DNA of 64,000 bases from Candidatus Eiseniibacteriota bacterium (GTDB lineage Bacteria > Eisenbacteria > RBG-16-71-46 > JABDJR01): positions 259,418-323,417 of the forward strand of contig CAWANH010000003.1 in assembly GCA_963783375.1 (NCBI GenBank), in the 5' to 3' direction. The notes beneath the pieces are model-generated. The model ran no database searches. It was not told the DNA's origin and was given only the letters and a program-made list of their open reading frames with translations. The translations under genes and the position numbers were made by a program. Below, piece by piece: positions 8,649 through 19,319 of this stretch; the stretch's first letter is position 1; every line of letters starts with the position of its first letter.

Positions 8649-9962
8649 ATGAGCACCGATCAATCGATCAAACCGGCCACCGGCAAGCTGGGGATCCTTC
8701 TCCCCGGCATGGGGGCGGTCGCCACCACCTTCGTGGCCGGAGTGGAGGCCGTCCGCCGGGGAAAGGCCAAGCCCCTGGGGAGCCTCACCCAGATGGGAAC
8801 GGTGCGACTGGGAAAGCGCACCGAGAACCGCGTGCCCGCCATCAAGGAGTTCGTGCCTCTGACCGGGCTCGACGACCTCGTCTTCGGGGGCTGGGATCTG
8901 TTCGAGGACGACATGTACGCCGCGGCCATGAAGGCCGGGGTGCTGGAGAAGGATCTCCTCAACGAGCATCGTGAGTTCCTGGCCGGGATCAAGCCGATGC
9001 CCGCGGTCTTCGACAAGCGGTACGTGAAACGGCTGGACGGACCCAACGTCAAGTCCGGCGCGAACTGGTACGAGAAGGCCCAGGCCCTCATGGAGGACAT
9101 GCGGAACTTCAAGGAAAAGAACGGTTGTGACCGGCTGGTCACCGTCTGGTGCGCGTCCACCGAGGTGTTCATGAAGCCTTCGGGAGCCCACCAGAGCGTG
9201 AAGGCGTTCGAGGAGGCGATGAAGGCGAACTCCCCCGACATCGCTCCCAGCCAGGTCTACGCCTACGCCTCCCTGATGAGCGACGTCCCCTTCGCCAACG
9301 GCGCCCCCAACCTGACCGTGGATCTCCCGGCCATCCACGAGCTGGCCCGGGAGCGGTGCCTCCCCATCGCGGGCAAGGACTTCAAGACCGGCCAGACCCT
9401 CATGAAGACCGTGCTGGCCCCCATGTTCAAGGCCCGCCTTCTCGGGGTGGCCGGCTGGTACTCCACCAACATCCTGGGGAACCGGGACGGCGAGGTGCTG
9501 GACGATCCCGAGTCCTTCAAGACCAAGGAGGAGTCGAAACTCGGGGTGCTCGAGCACATCCTCCAGCCCCAGATCTATCCGGACCTGTACGGGAACATGT
9601 ATCACAAGGTCCGCATCAACTATTACCCGCCCCGGGGAGACAACAAGGAGGGGTGGGACAACATCGACATCTTCGGGTGGCTGGGCTACCCGATGCAAAT
9701 CAAGGTGGACTTCCTCTGCCGGGACTCCATCCTGGCCGCCCCCATCGTTCTCGACCTGGCCCTGTTCATGGACCTGGCCCGGCGGTCGGGGATGCGGGAC
9801 ACCCAGGAGTGGCTCTCGTTCTACTTCAAGAGCCCCATGCACGCCGAGGGGCTCTACCCGGAGCACGACCTCTTCATCCAGCTCATGAAGCTCAAGAACA
9901 CCCTCCGGCACCTGAAGGGGGAGGAGCTGATCACCCACCTGGGAAACGAGTACTACGACTAG
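8649..9962 (+). CDS. ino1: myo-inositol-1-phosphate synthase
   Basis: GMGAVATT NAD-binding, VWCASTE, FANGAPN, GKDFKTGQT, STNILGNRDG, CRDSILAAPIVLDL motifs. Confidence 0.95.
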   Translation: MSTDQSIKPATGKLGILLPGMGAVATTFVAGVEAVRRGKAKPLGSLTQMGTVRLGKRTENRVPAIKEFVPLTGLDDLVFGGWDLFEDDMYAAAMKAGVLEKDLLNEHREFLAGIKPMPAVFDKRYVKRLDGPNVKSGANWYEKAQALMEDMRNFKEKNGCDRLVTVWCASTEVFMKPSGAHQSVKAFEEAMKANSPDIAPSQVYAYASLMSDVPFANGAPNLTVDLPAIHELARERCLPIAGKDFKTGQTLMKTVLAPMFKARLLGVAGWYSTNILGNRDGEVLDDPESFKTKEESKLGVLEHILQPQIYPDLYGNMYHKVRINYYPPRGDNKEGWDNIDIFGWLGYPMQIKVDFLCRDSILAAPIVLDLALFMDLARRSGMRDTQEWLSFYFKSPMHAEGLYPEHDLFIQLMKLKNTLRHLKGEELITHLGNEYYD

Positions 9963-10041
9963 CCCGACGCAGCATCGGGTTCGTGAACAAGCCGGGCTGA
10001 TCGCTGCGGGAGCGCCGGACGGCCGGGCCCCGGGCACGCGC

Positions 10042-10075
10042 GGGGCGTCCTCCCCCCGGGAGGGCGCCCCTCTTT
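10042..10075 (+). terminator. Putative intrinsic terminator after ino1
   Basis: GGGGCGTCCTCCC / GGGAGGGCGCCCC 13-bp stem (one G-U pair) followed by TCTTT. Confidence 0.55.
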
Positions 10076-10093
10076 CGTCCCCCGCCCGCTCTT

Positions 10094-10102
10094 TGCTATT
10101 CT
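10094..10102 (+). promoter_or_regulatory. Putative extended -10 promoter for the mini-efp/efp unit
   Basis: TG-C-TATTCT about 28 nt upstream of ATG 10131, which carries a GGAGG SD-like motif. Confidence 0.45.
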
Positions 10103-10130
10103 CTTCGGTCCCTCCGTAACCCACGGAGGC

Positions 10131-10346
10131 ATGCCGGAGCGGGATCCGGACCGGGCGGTCCGGCTGGAGGACCATGAGTTCCAGTTCCGCTATCGTTCCG
10201 ACGACGACTTCGCCTTCATGAACCAGGGAACCTGCGAGACGATCACCCTCTCCGCCGCCGTGCCGGGCGACAACGCCAAGCACCTCCAGGAGAAGATGGT
10301 GATCGACACCCGTGACGACAGATTCGTGGAAAGGGTCACCGAATAA
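10131..10346 (+). CDS. Mini EF-P-derived ORF (internally deleted efp copy: domain II plus C-terminal tail); small protein or pseudogene
   Basis: RLEDHEFQFRYRSDDDFAFMNQ...LQEKMVI-DTRDDRFVERVTE aligns with downstream EF-P (44/61 identical by manual count); stop TAA is 1 nt before efp ATG. Confidence 0.7.
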   Translation: MPERDPDRAVRLEDHEFQFRYRSDDDFAFMNQGTCETITLSAAVPGDNAKHLQEKMVIDTRDDRFVERVTE

Positions 10347-10347
10347 C

Positions 10348-10914
10348 ATGTCCATCCCAGCCACTCAAATCCGAATCGGCATGCTCCTGGTCGTGGACGG
10401 CAAGCCCCACCGGGTCATGTCCAAGCAGCACATCACCCCGGGAAAGGGGAACGCGGTGGTCCAGACCGTGCTCCAGAACCTGGAGACCGGGGGGAATTCC
10501 AACCAGCGTTTCCGCTCCGCCGAGCAGGTGGAGCCGGCCCGCCTGGAGAGCCACGAGCTCCAGTTTCTCTATCGCTCCGGGGACGATTTCACCTTCATGA
10601 ACCAGGAGTCCTACGAGATGATCAACCTATCCGCGGAGGTGCTGGGCGAGGCCGCCAAATACCTCCAGGAGAACATGGTCATCACGGCCCAGTACTGGCA
10701 GGGGAAGGTCGTGGGGATCGAGGTGCCCATGACCGTGGTCTTCCGGATCACCGAATGCGACCCGGCCATGAAGGGGGCCACCGCCTCCGGCGGACCCAAG
10801 CCGGCCACCCTGGAGAACGGCCTGGTGGTCAAGGTGCCCCAGCATCTGAGCGTGGGCGACCTGGTGAAGGTGGATACCCGGGACGACAGCTTCGTGGAGC
10901 GGGTGACCGAGTAG
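10348..10914 (+). CDS. efp: Elongation factor P
   Basis: PGKG loop, QFLYRSGDDFTFMN, KGATASG..KPATLENG, VKVDTR. Confidence 0.96.
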   Translation: MSIPATQIRIGMLLVVDGKPHRVMSKQHITPGKGNAVVQTVLQNLETGGNSNQRFRSAEQVEPARLESHELQFLYRSGDDFTFMNQESYEMINLSAEVLGEAAKYLQENMVITAQYWQGKVVGIEVPMTVVFRITECDPAMKGATASGGPKPATLENGLVVKVPQHLSVGDLVKVDTRDDSFVERVTE

Positions 10915-11047
10915 CTTCCACCGCCGAGGCCTCGAATCCGGGGCCGGTCAACCCCATCCCCGCCTTTGACATATCCCCGGGTTCGGGCTCTAATAGGCTC
11001 GTGTGCACCCACCCTGGATGGTCCGGGCGGAACGGCGGAGGTTGAAC

Positions 11048-12394
11048 ATGGCCAGACTCCGGGTCCGGTTTCCCTGGTTCCTTCCCTTCCTCGCCGTTCT
11101 CTCCCTCGCCGCGCCGGCGGCCCCGGCGACCGCCGCGCCTCCCGACACCGCCTCGGCCTCCGCCGTCCCCGGATTCGTGCTGTGGGCCCAGCTGGACGAC
11201 GTGATCGGCCCCATCACCGCCGGCTACCTCACCGACGCGGTTCGGGACGCCGACCGGCGGAACGCCAACGCCCTGGTGATCGAGCTGGACACTCCCGGCG
11301 GGCTCGACACCGCCATGCGGCAGATCATCAAGTCGATCCTGGCCAGCGACGTCCCGGTCTGCGTGTGGGTGGCCCCCAACGGGGCCCGCGCCGCCTCGGC
11401 CGGGGTCTACATCGCCTACAGCGCCCATGTGGCGGCCATGGCCCCGGGAACCAACCTGGGGGCGGCCACCCCGGTGAATCTGGGGGGGGGTATGGACTCC
11501 ACCATGGCCCACAAGGTGACGAACGACGCCGAGGCCTACATCCTGAGCCTGGCCCGGCTCCGGGGGCGGAACGAGGAGTGGGCGGCGGAGGCGGTCCGGA
11601 AGGCGGTCTCCCTTCCCTCCGGGGACGCGGTGAAGGAACATGTGGTGGACTTCATCGCCCGGGATCCGCGCGAATTGCTGGAGAAGATGGACGGGCTCAC
11701 GGTGAAGACCGCGACCGACTCCAGCTTCGTGATCCACACCGCGGGGGCGGAGATCCGGGAGTACCCGATGTCGGCCCGGTACCGGGCGCTCTCCATCCTC
11801 AACAATCCGAACGTGGCCTACATGCTCCTCCTGCTCGGGTTCTACGGGCTCTTCTTCGAGCTTTCCAGCCCGGGGGCGATCTTCCCCGGGGTCCTCGGGG
11901 GAATCTCCCTCATCCTGGGGCTCTTCGCCCTGCAGAGCCTCAGCGTCAACTACGCCGGCCTGCTGCTCATGGCCCTCGGCGTGGTCCTCTTCTTCCTGGA
12001 GACCCAAGTGACCAGCCACGGAGTCCTCGCCATCGGCGGGACGGTCTCGCTCTTCGCGGGATCGCTCCTCTTGATCGACGCCCCCGCCCCCTACCTCCGG
12101 GTTTCGCTCAAGGTCATCCTCCCGGCGGTGGGAGCCTCGGCCGCCTTCTTCATCTTCGCCGTCACCATGGCGCTGCGCGCCCAGCGGCGGAAGGTGGTCT
12201 CGGGGGTCGAGGGCCTGGTGGGCTCGATCGGGGTGGTGCGCACTCCCCTGGATCCCGAGGGGAAGATCTTCGTGGCCGGGGAGCACTGGACGGCCCGTTC
12301 CGCGACCGGGGCGCCGATCCCCCAGGGGGCGCGGGTGGAGGTGGTTTCCGTGGATCGGCTCAAGGTCTTCGTCAAACCGGTCGGGGACTCCTGA
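11048..12394 (+). CDS. nfeD: NfeD membrane-bound serine protease (ClpP-class domain)
   Basis: [25 protein letters not shown] bundle, C-terminal GEHW OB domain. Confidence 0.92.
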   Translation: MARLRVRFPWFLPFLAVLSLAAPAAPATAAPPDTASASAVPGFVLWAQLDDVIGPITAGYLTDAVRDADRRNANALVIELDTPGGLDTAMRQIIKSILASDVPVCVWVAPNGARAASAGVYIAYSAHVAAMAPGTNLGAATPVNLGGGMDSTMAHKVTNDAEAYILSLARLRGRNEEWAAEAVRKAVSLPSGDAVKEHVVDFIARDPRELLEKMDGLTVKTATDSSFVIHTAGAEIREYPMSARYRALSILNNPNVAYMLLLLGFYGLFFELSSPGAIFPGVLGGISLILGLFALQSLSVNYAGLLLMALGVVLFFLETQVTSHGVLAIGGTVSLFAGSLLLIDAPAPYLRVSLKVILPAVGASAAFFIFAVTMALRAQRRKVVSGVEGLVGSIGVVRTPLDPEGKIFVAGEHWTARSATGAPIPQGARVEVVSVDRLKVFVKPVGDS

Positions 12395-12414
12395 CCGGAG
12401 GAAAGGACAGCGTC

Positions 12415-13185
12415 ATGGTTTCACTCGGCGTCGTCGTCGCCATCCTGGTCCTCATCCTCACCAGCGCCATCCGGGTGCTCCGGGAATACGAGCGCGCGGT
12501 GATGTTCCGGCTCGGCCGATTCGCCGGGGTGAAGGGCCCCGGACTCTTCTTCATGATCCCGGTCATCGACAAGATGGTGAGGATCTCGCTCCGGGTCATC
12601 ACCATGGACGTTCCCCCCCAGGACGTCATCACCAAGGACAACGTGTCCATCAAGGTGAACGCCGTCCTGTACTTCCGGGTGGTGGACCCGGAGGGGGCGA
12701 TCGTTTCGGTGGAGGACTTCTTCTACGCCACCAGCCAGATCGCCCAGACCACCCTTCGGAGCGTGGTCGGCGAGCACGAGCTGGACGAGATCCTCTCCGA
12801 GCGGGAAAAGGTGAACCAGCTCCTCCAGTCCATCATCGACGAGCGCACCGATCCCTGGGGGATCAAGGTGACCTCGGTGGAGATCAAGGACGTGGACCTG
12901 CCCCAGGAGATGCGGCGGGCCATCGCCCGGCAGGCCGAGTCGGAGCGGGAGCGGCGGGCCAAGATCATCAACGCCGAGGGCGAGTACCAGGCCTCGGAGA
13001 AGCTGGCGGCGGCGGCCCACGTCATCGCCAAGGAGCCGATCGCCATCCAGCTCCGTTACCTCGCCACCCTGAGCGAGATCTCCTCCGAACAGACCACCAC
13101 CATCGTCTTCCCGATGCCCCTCTCCATCATGGAGGGACTCGAGGGGCTGATGAAGCTGAACAAGCACACCCCGCCCTCCGCCTGA
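12415..13185 (+). CDS. Slipin / SPFH (stomatin-like) protein
   Basis: [47 protein letters not shown]; GGAGG upstream. Confidence 0.93.
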   Translation: MVSLGVVVAILVLILTSAIRVLREYERAVMFRLGRFAGVKGPGLFFMIPVIDKMVRISLRVITMDVPPQDVITKDNVSIKVNAVLYFRVVDPEGAIVSVEDFFYATSQIAQTTLRSVVGEHELDEILSEREKVNQLLQSIIDERTDPWGIKVTSVEIKDVDLPQEMRRAIARQAESERERRAKIINAEGEYQASEKLAAAAHVIAKEPIAIQLRYLATLSEISSEQTTTIVFPMPLSIMEGLEGLMKLNKHTPPSA

Positions 13186-13220
13186 GCCCGGCGGAGCACC
13201 GAGAGGAGGTTCCGAGCCCC

Positions 13221-14099
13221 ATGCACACATCGAGTTCCCCACTCCGAAAGTTGCTCCTGGGAGCGATCGCGCTCGCCGTTGCGCTCTCCCTGGCCGCCTG
13301 CAACGACGGCAACCCCACTCCCAAGACCCCGGACAGCGCCAGCCTGGCCGGCTTGGGCGCCGACCTGAGCTTCGCCGGGGTCTTCGGGGCGCAAACCTAT
13401 GCCCTGGGCATCCTGGTGAACGCCAAGGACGCGGACGCCCCCGGCGTGTTGATCCCCCAACACCCGACCCCGGGGGACACCCTCCTCCCCGGCGTCCTCA
13501 CGTGTCCGGTGGTCTATCCGGGTGAGCCTCAGGGCGCCGCCTTCACCATCCAGATGGAATACGGCGAAGGTTGTGAATCGGTGCTGGACGGCGTCCAGAG
13601 CTCGGGTTCGATCACCTTCATCGTCAACGACCGTCCCCCCACCGGCCTGAGCGCCACCACCGAGTTCAACGATTTCCACCGGGGCGGGGTCGCGGTGGAC
13701 GGGGTCTTCACCCTGACCGGGGACAACCAGAACCAGACCACCATCCAGGCCTCGGCGCTCAACCTGACCACCGCCCAGGGGGGCGTGCTGTTCAACGCCA
13801 ACCTCGACGCGGAGCGGATCGCCGACGAGGCCGGACCCGGACCCGCCTACTGCGGGCACTGGCAGATCGTGGACGGAACCGGCTCGGTGGTGATCGCCAA
13901 CACCAACTTCAACTTCACGGTGGTGGACACCGTGCTCCTCTCCACCTGTTGCGCCTATCCGCTCTCCGGGTCGGTACAGATCACCTCGGCCGGATACCTG
14001 GGCGCCCTCCTGGATTTCGGAGACGGCGAGTGCGACGGGACGGCCACGATCACCGTGGCCGGCCAGACCCAAACCGTATCCCTGGGCCCCGGCCAGTAG
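13221..14099 (+). CDS. Hypothetical beta-rich lipoprotein
   Basis: Lipobox LAAC; GAGGAGG SD; C-terminal LDFGDGECDG motif; several Cys. Confidence 0.75.
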   Translation: MHTSSSPLRKLLLGAIALAVALSLAACNDGNPTPKTPDSASLAGLGADLSFAGVFGAQTYALGILVNAKDADAPGVLIPQHPTPGDTLLPGVLTCPVVYPGEPQGAAFTIQMEYGEGCESVLDGVQSSGSITFIVNDRPPTGLSATTEFNDFHRGGVAVDGVFTLTGDNQNQTTIQASALNLTTAQGGVLFNANLDAERIADEAGPGPAYCGHWQIVDGTGSVVIANTNFNFTVVDTVLLSTCCAYPLSGSVQITSAGYLGALLDFGDGECDGTATITVAGQTQTVSLGPGQ

Positions 14100-14138
14100 G
14101 GCGGGGACCGGAACCCTTTCCGCAGGAGAAGCCCGAAC

Positions 14139-15413
14139 ATGAAACGAAACGCCCGCATCGCGTGGCTCGGCGTGGCGGCGATCTGCCTGGGGGCGTCGGG
14201 AACGGGATGCGGGAGCGCGCCCAAGCCGGACCTCGCCCCCCTCACCGCCGACGTCACCCGCATTCAGGCCGAGGCGGCGCGTCTGGGCGCGGACAGCACC
14301 TCCGCCGATCTCCTGGGCGCCTCGCGCCGCCTGTCCAGGGCGGCGGACGCCGCCGCGCCCGGGAACCCGGCCGCCGCACGGGCCGATCTGGAGGAGGCGC
14401 GGTCGGCGGGTATGGCCGCCCTCACCACCTCGGTGGCCCGCCGGCGGGAAGCCGAGGCCGGGGCCTGCCTGAAGCGGGCGGCCGACGCCCGGCGGGACTG
14501 GGAGGACGCCATCCAGATGCTCGAACAGACGGAGAAGGCGGCCGGGCGCCAGGCCCGGGGGGTGACCCGGGACGTGCCCTCGGCGGTGGAGGCCATGGAT
14601 CTTCCCGAGATGCCGCCCGCGCCGACGGACAGCGTCCCCCCGCCCGCGACCATCGCCGCCCGGGCCTCGGTCTGGGGAACCCTGGCGGCCGATCTGAAGG
14701 TTCCCGCCGCCGACCTGGTGAACGCCTGGACCGCGGGTCTCGAGGCGGCGGAGGTTCCCGAGATCACCCCGGAAGCGCGCGCCCACCATCTGAGGATGGC
14801 GAGCTGGGCCGTGCTGGAGGCGGGGTGGCGGTGCCGGGCGGAGGTGGAGCGGCAACGATGCCTCCGGGCCTCCGCGCAGATCGCGAGCTTTGCCGAGTAC
14901 CGCGACCAGGCGCTCTGGTCCATGGTGGACCTGGAGCGGGGGATGAAGGACAGCGCGCGACGGGCGCTGGAGGAGGAACGGGCGCGCATGGAGGACCGGC
15001 AAAGCGCGCTCTTCGATCAGCTCAAGCAGTTCGAGGGGAAGTTCGCCAGCATCCGCCGCGAGGCGCGGGGAACCGTGATGTCCCTCTCCGACATCCTCTT
15101 CGACTTCGACAAGGCCGTCCTCCGGCGCGAGGCGGAGCTGAACCTGGCCAAGGTGGCGGTCATCCTGGAGCAGTTCCCGGAGATGCACATCACCATCGAG
15201 GGACATACCGACAACGTGGGGACCGAAGAGTACAACCAGAAGCTCTCGGAACGGCGGGCGGTCGCGGTCCACGACTTCCTGGCCGAGCAGGGGGTGTCCG
15301 CCGACCGCATGGACACCAAGGGCTACGGGATGACCCAGCCGGTGGCCTCCAACGACACCCCCGAGGGCCGGCAGAAGAACCGCCGGGTGGACCTGGTCAT
15401 GCGGGAGGAGTGA
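14139..15413 (+). CDS. OmpA_C-domain lipoprotein with long helical N-terminus
   Basis: Signal ending GTGC; DILFDFDKA, IEGHTDNVG, NQKLSERRA, NRRVD. Confidence 0.9.
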   Translation: MKRNARIAWLGVAAICLGASGTGCGSAPKPDLAPLTADVTRIQAEAARLGADSTSADLLGASRRLSRAADAAAPGNPAAARADLEEARSAGMAALTTSVARRREAEAGACLKRAADARRDWEDAIQMLEQTEKAAGRQARGVTRDVPSAVEAMDLPEMPPAPTDSVPPPATIAARASVWGTLAADLKVPAADLVNAWTAGLEAAEVPEITPEARAHHLRMASWAVLEAGWRCRAEVERQRCLRASAQIASFAEYRDQALWSMVDLERGMKDSARRALEEERARMEDRQSALFDQLKQFEGKFASIRREARGTVMSLSDILFDFDKAVLRREAELNLAKVAVILEQFPEMHITIEGHTDNVGTEEYNQKLSERRAVAVHDFLAEQGVSADRMDTKGYGMTQPVASNDTPEGRQKNRRVDLVMREE

Positions 15414-15434
15414 GTCCGCCCGGACCGGGGGCCG

Positions 15435-16454
15435 CTAGTATCCCGCCCGCTTGTCCACCACGTTCCGGAGCGGCTGGCCGTCCAGGAACCGGCGCAGGTT
15501 GAAGGCGAAGATCTGCACCAGTCGTTCCCATAGGAGCGGATGGGAAACCCCGGCGATGTGCGGGCTCACCTGAACGCCGGCGATATCCCACAGCGGACTC
15601 CGGGCGGGCAGGGGCTCCTCCCGGAAGACGTCGAGCCCCGCGCCGGCCAGGCTCCCCCCGGCCAGGAGATCGGTCAGCGCCTCCTCGTCCACCGTGCTTC
15701 CCCGCCCGATGTTGGCGAAGAACGCCGAGGGTTTCATGAGCGCGAAGCGCCGCCGGTCGAAGAACATCGCGGTGGCGTCGGTGTTGGGAAGGGCGTTCAC
15801 CACCACGTCGGCCCGGGGAAGGAGCCGATCGACGTCCCCGGGTCCCCCGCTCTCGTCCGCCCCTTCGGTCCCGGAATCCGGGCTCCACTTCACGGCCAGG
15901 ATTCGCATTCCGAAAGCGCGGGCGCGCCGGGCCAGCTCCCGTCCCGTCGCCCCGTACCCCACGATCAGCATGGTCTTGTCGGTCAGGGACTCCGGCGGGC
16001 GTTCGCGCAGGACCTCGTCCTGGCACCAGGCCGTTTCGTCCTGGGCGGAGCGGTAGCTTCCCAGCCGGCGAACGTGGGCCAGGAGCCAGGCCATGACGTG
16101 CTCGGCCATGAAAGGGGCGTGGGCGCCCCGGGCCGAGGTGAGGATCACCTCGGACTCCATCAGGGCGGGATAGAGAAAGCGACGCACTCCGGTGGCCGGG
16201 CTCTGGATCCAGCGGAGCGCGCCGGCCCGCCGGAAGTCCTCCTCGGGCAGGTGCCAGCCGAAGAACACCGAGGCCTCGGGGAGATGATCTCCGAATCCGT
16301 GTTCCGGCCAGCCGGGACGCTCCTCCCACTCGAGCCCCGTGAACTCGGCCTTCAGCCCGTCGAGGAGACGGGGGGGAAGATTCCAGAAGGGGTGGGGATG
16401 ATAGGCGGCAACGAGGACCAGCATGACGGGGTTCCTTGTCGGCTGAGGGTTCAT
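15435..16454 (-). CDS. D-2-hydroxyacid dehydrogenase
   Basis: GYGATG Rossmann motif, NIGRG, GLDVFREEPL, SPHIAG. Confidence 0.92.
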   Translation of the reverse strand: MNPQPTRNPVMLVLVAAYHPHPFWNLPPRLLDGLKAEFTGLEWEERPGWPEHGFGDHLPEASVFFGWHLPEEDFRRAGALRWIQSPATGVRRFLYPALMESEVILTSARGAHAPFMAEHVMAWLLAHVRRLGSYRSAQDETAWCQDEVLRERPPESLTDKTMLIVGYGATGRELARRARAFGMRILAVKWSPDSGTEGADESGGPGDVDRLLPRADVVVNALPNTDATAMFFDRRRFALMKPSAFFANIGRGSTVDEEALTDLLAGGSLAGAGLDVFREEPLPARSPLWDIAGVQVSPHIAGVSHPLLWERLVQIFAFNLRRFLDGQPLRNVVDKRAGY

Positions 16455-16589
16455 GCCCCGATCCGGAATTCGAGTGTAACCCCGGGCCGGCGCCGGCGCC
16501 ATCCGGGGCCGCGGTCGCGGTCGCCACCCCCGGCAACGCCGCCGACCGGAGACCCCGGCGTTCCGGCCGAGACCCCTTCTCCCGCGCCT

Positions 16590-16598
16590 TGCTACACT
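16590..16598 (+). promoter_or_regulatory. Extended -10 element; methyltransferase mRNA probably leaderless
   Basis: TG-C-TACACT 8 nt upstream of ATG 16607, no SD visible. Confidence 0.4.
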
Positions 16599-16606
16599 CC
16601 CCGATC

Positions 16607-17377
16607 ATGCGCAAGGCCAGCTACCGGCTCTCCAATCGGCTCCAACGGATAATCGCCCCGCGGCTTCGCTATTCCCAGTATCTCTTCGAGGATGAGCTCG
16701 GCGTCGAGGTGCGACCCGGCATCGCGTGGCTCGACCTGGGATGCGGGCACCAGATGCTTCCTCCCTGGCGGTTGGAGGCGGAGCACAAGCTGGTGGCCCG
16801 GGCGGGCCGGGTGGTGGGCCTCGACTACGACGGCCCCTCGCTCTACGACCACATGAGCCTCACCCTTCTCACCCGCGGGGACGCCTCGCGCCTCCCCTTC
16901 CCCGACCGGTCCTTCGACCTGGTCACCGCGAACATGGTGGTCGAGCACCTGGCCGACCCGGACGCGCAGTTCCGGGAGATCCGCCGGGTTCTCAGGCCGG
17001 GGGGAAGATTCCTCTTCCATACCCCGAACCTCCGGGGCTACTACGCCTCCATCTCGCGGCTGGTGCCGGATCCGGTCAAGCGGAAGGTGATCCGGACCCT
17101 CCAGGAGCGCGAAGAGAAGGACGTCTTTCCCACCCGCTACCTGGCCAACTCCGCCGGCCGGATCGAGGAGCTGGGCCGCGCCACCGGTTTCGGGATTCGG
17201 CGGATCCGGCTCGTCGTGAGTTCGCCGCAGTTCCTGGCCGTCCCCCCGCTGGTCTTCTTCGAGCTCCTGTGGATCCGTCTCCTCATGACGCGGCCGCTCC
17301 GGCGGTTTCGGACCAACATCATCGCGGTGCTCGAGCGGACGGAGGACGCTCCGGTCAGCGATCCTTCTTCCGCTTGA
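16607..17377 (+). CDS. Class I SAM-dependent methyltransferase
   Basis: [33 protein letters not shown]. Confidence 0.88.
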   Translation: MRKASYRLSNRLQRIIAPRLRYSQYLFEDELGVEVRPGIAWLDLGCGHQMLPPWRLEAEHKLVARAGRVVGLDYDGPSLYDHMSLTLLTRGDASRLPFPDRSFDLVTANMVVEHLADPDAQFREIRRVLRPGGRFLFHTPNLRGYYASISRLVPDPVKRKVIRTLQEREEKDVFPTRYLANSAGRIEELGRATGFGIRRIRLVVSSPQFLAVPPLVFFELLWIRLLMTRPLRRFRTNIIAVLERTEDAPVSDPSSA

Positions 17378-19058
17378 TCCGGGTCGGGGGCCGGGTGTTG
17401 AGGATCCGGTCCTTGGTGAGCCAGGCCCGGCGCGCGGTCTTGACCCCCCATTCCAGGTTCTCGAACATGGCGACGGTGTGGGAGTCGGTGTTGAGGGTGA
17501 TCGTGACCCCTTTCTCGGCGGCCAGGCGGGCGTTCTCGGCGGAGAGATCGAGCCGCTCGGGGGCGGCGTTCAGCTCGAGGCAGGTCCCGGTCTCCGCCGC
17601 CTTGTCGATCACCGCGGCCAGGTCGTAGCCCTCGTAGCCCACCCGCTTCCCGATCAGGCGCCCGGTGGGATGGGCCACCGCGTCCACGTAGGGGTTCTCC
17701 ATGGCGGTGAGCACCCGTTCGGTCACGCGGTTCCGGAACCCCGAGTGCACGCTGGCGATGATCCAGTCCAGCTTTCCCTGGGCCTCGATGGGAAGATCGA
17801 TCCCGCCGTCGGCGGTGATGTCCACCTCCATGCCGTGGAGCACGCGGATCCCCGGCACCGCCTCCCGCGCCGCCTCGATCTCCCGTTTCTGCTCCTTCCA
17901 CCGGGCGTAGGTGAGCCCGTGGGCGTAGGTGGCGGCGGCGGAGTGATCGGTGATGGCCACCGTCTTGAGCCCCCGGGCGGCGGCCGCCTTGACCATGTCC
18001 AGCACGCTCGCCTTCCCGTCGCTCCAGGTGGTGTGGACGTGGAGATCCGCGCGCACGTCCTTCATCTCCACCACCTCGGGAAGCCGTCCTTCGCCGGCGG
18101 CCTCGATCTCCCCCCGGTCCTCCCGCATCTCCGGCGGGATCCACGCGAGGTCCAGGGCGGCGTAGATCTCCTCCTCGGTCTTCGCCGCCAGGCGCTTCTC
18201 CCCCCGGAACACCCCGTACTCGTTCACCTTGAGCCCCCGCTTCTTGGCGATCTCGCGGAGGCGAACGTTGTGCTCCTTGCTCCCGGTGAAGTAGCAGAGG
18301 GCGGCCCCGAAGGAGTCCGGGGCCACGACCCGGAGATCCACCTGGCGCCCGCTCTCGAAGAGCACGCTCCCCTTGGTGTCCCCGGCGGCCAGCACCCGCT
18401 CCACCCCGGGGAGCGCGGTGAAGGCACGCACGATGGCCGGGCCGTCCTTGGCCGGAACCAGGAGATCGAGATCCCCGCAGGTCTCGCGACAGCGGCGGAG
18501 CGATCCCGCGAAGACCGCCTTCTCCACGTCGGCCTGCTTCCCCAGCGCCTCCCGAACCTGGCGGGCCAGGGAGAGGGCCTCGGCGATCGACATTCGCTCC
18601 CGGTTTCGGAGATAGAGCGCCACCCCCTCGCGGAGGTTTTCGGCCAGCTTGGCTCCCAGCCCGGGGAGGGCGGCGACGCTCCCGTCGTCGAGGGCCTGCT
18701 CCAGCGAGGCCAGGTCGGTCACCCCCAGCTTCTCGTGGATCAGGGCCAGTCGTTTGGGCCCCAGACCCCCGATCGCCCGGAGCTCCATGAGGGTCCTCGG
18801 CACCCCCTCCATGGCCGTCTGGTAGGCGGTCATCCGCCCCGAGGAGAGGTACTCGTCGATGTCCCCGGCCAGCCCCTTCCCGATTCCGGGGACGTCGGTC
18901 AGCCGCTTCTCGGACACCAGCACCGTCACGTCCTCGGCCAGGTCCCCCACCGCCCGGGCCCCCCTCCGGTAGGCGTTCACCCGGAAACGGTTCTCCCCCT
19001 TGAACTCCAGCGCGTCGGCCACCGCCTCGAACAGGGTGGAAATTTCCTGGTTCACCAT
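17355..19058 (-). CDS. polX: DNA polymerase X / PHP 3'-5' exonuclease
   Basis: HhH motifs, [23 protein letters not shown] motifs [25 protein letters not shown]. Confidence 0.95.
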   Translation of the reverse strand: MVNQEISTLFEAVADALEFKGENRFRVNAYRRGARAVGDLAEDVTVLVSEKRLTDVPGIGKGLAGDIDEYLSSGRMTAYQTAMEGVPRTLMELRAIGGLGPKRLALIHEKLGVTDLASLEQALDDGSVAALPGLGAKLAENLREGVALYLRNRERMSIAEALSLARQVREALGKQADVEKAVFAGSLRRCRETCGDLDLLVPAKDGPAIVRAFTALPGVERVLAAGDTKGSVLFESGRQVDLRVVAPDSFGAALCYFTGSKEHNVRLREIAKKRGLKVNEYGVFRGEKRLAAKTEEEIYAALDLAWIPPEMREDRGEIEAAGEGRLPEVVEMKDVRADLHVHTTWSDGKASVLDMVKAAAARGLKTVAITDHSAAATYAHGLTYARWKEQKREIEAAREAVPGIRVLHGMEVDITADGGIDLPIEAQGKLDWIIASVHSGFRNRVTERVLTAMENPYVDAVAHPTGRLIGKRVGYEGYDLAAVIDKAAETGTCLELNAAPERLDLSAENARLAAEKGVTITLNTDSHTVAMFENLEWGVKTARRAWLTKDRILNTRPPTRIKRKKDR

Positions 19059-19319
19059 GAGGTATGCCTTTCGTCACGGCGGCGGGGGGGGCGCGCGGGG
19101 AGCGCCTCTTTCCCCCGGAGAGGCGGCCCTGTCGTCCCGCCGGCGGAGATCGGGGGTTCGAATCCCGGTCCGGTTCCCCCCGAGGGTAGGCGAGGGATCC
19201 ATCCGAGGCAACGGCGGGCCCGCTTCCGGCAGTTGCCACGAGGCGCTACCTTGTTTAGACTCTTCGGTTTAGACTTCGAGAACCTCCCCCTGACGGAGGC
19301 CATCCGAGGAGGAATCACC

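Noticed and set aside
17478-19319. N-terminal 614 aa of the 1291-aa ORF, suggesting a giant fusion
   Set aside because: Antisense to polX; the real start is TTG 19320 with SD and signal peptide
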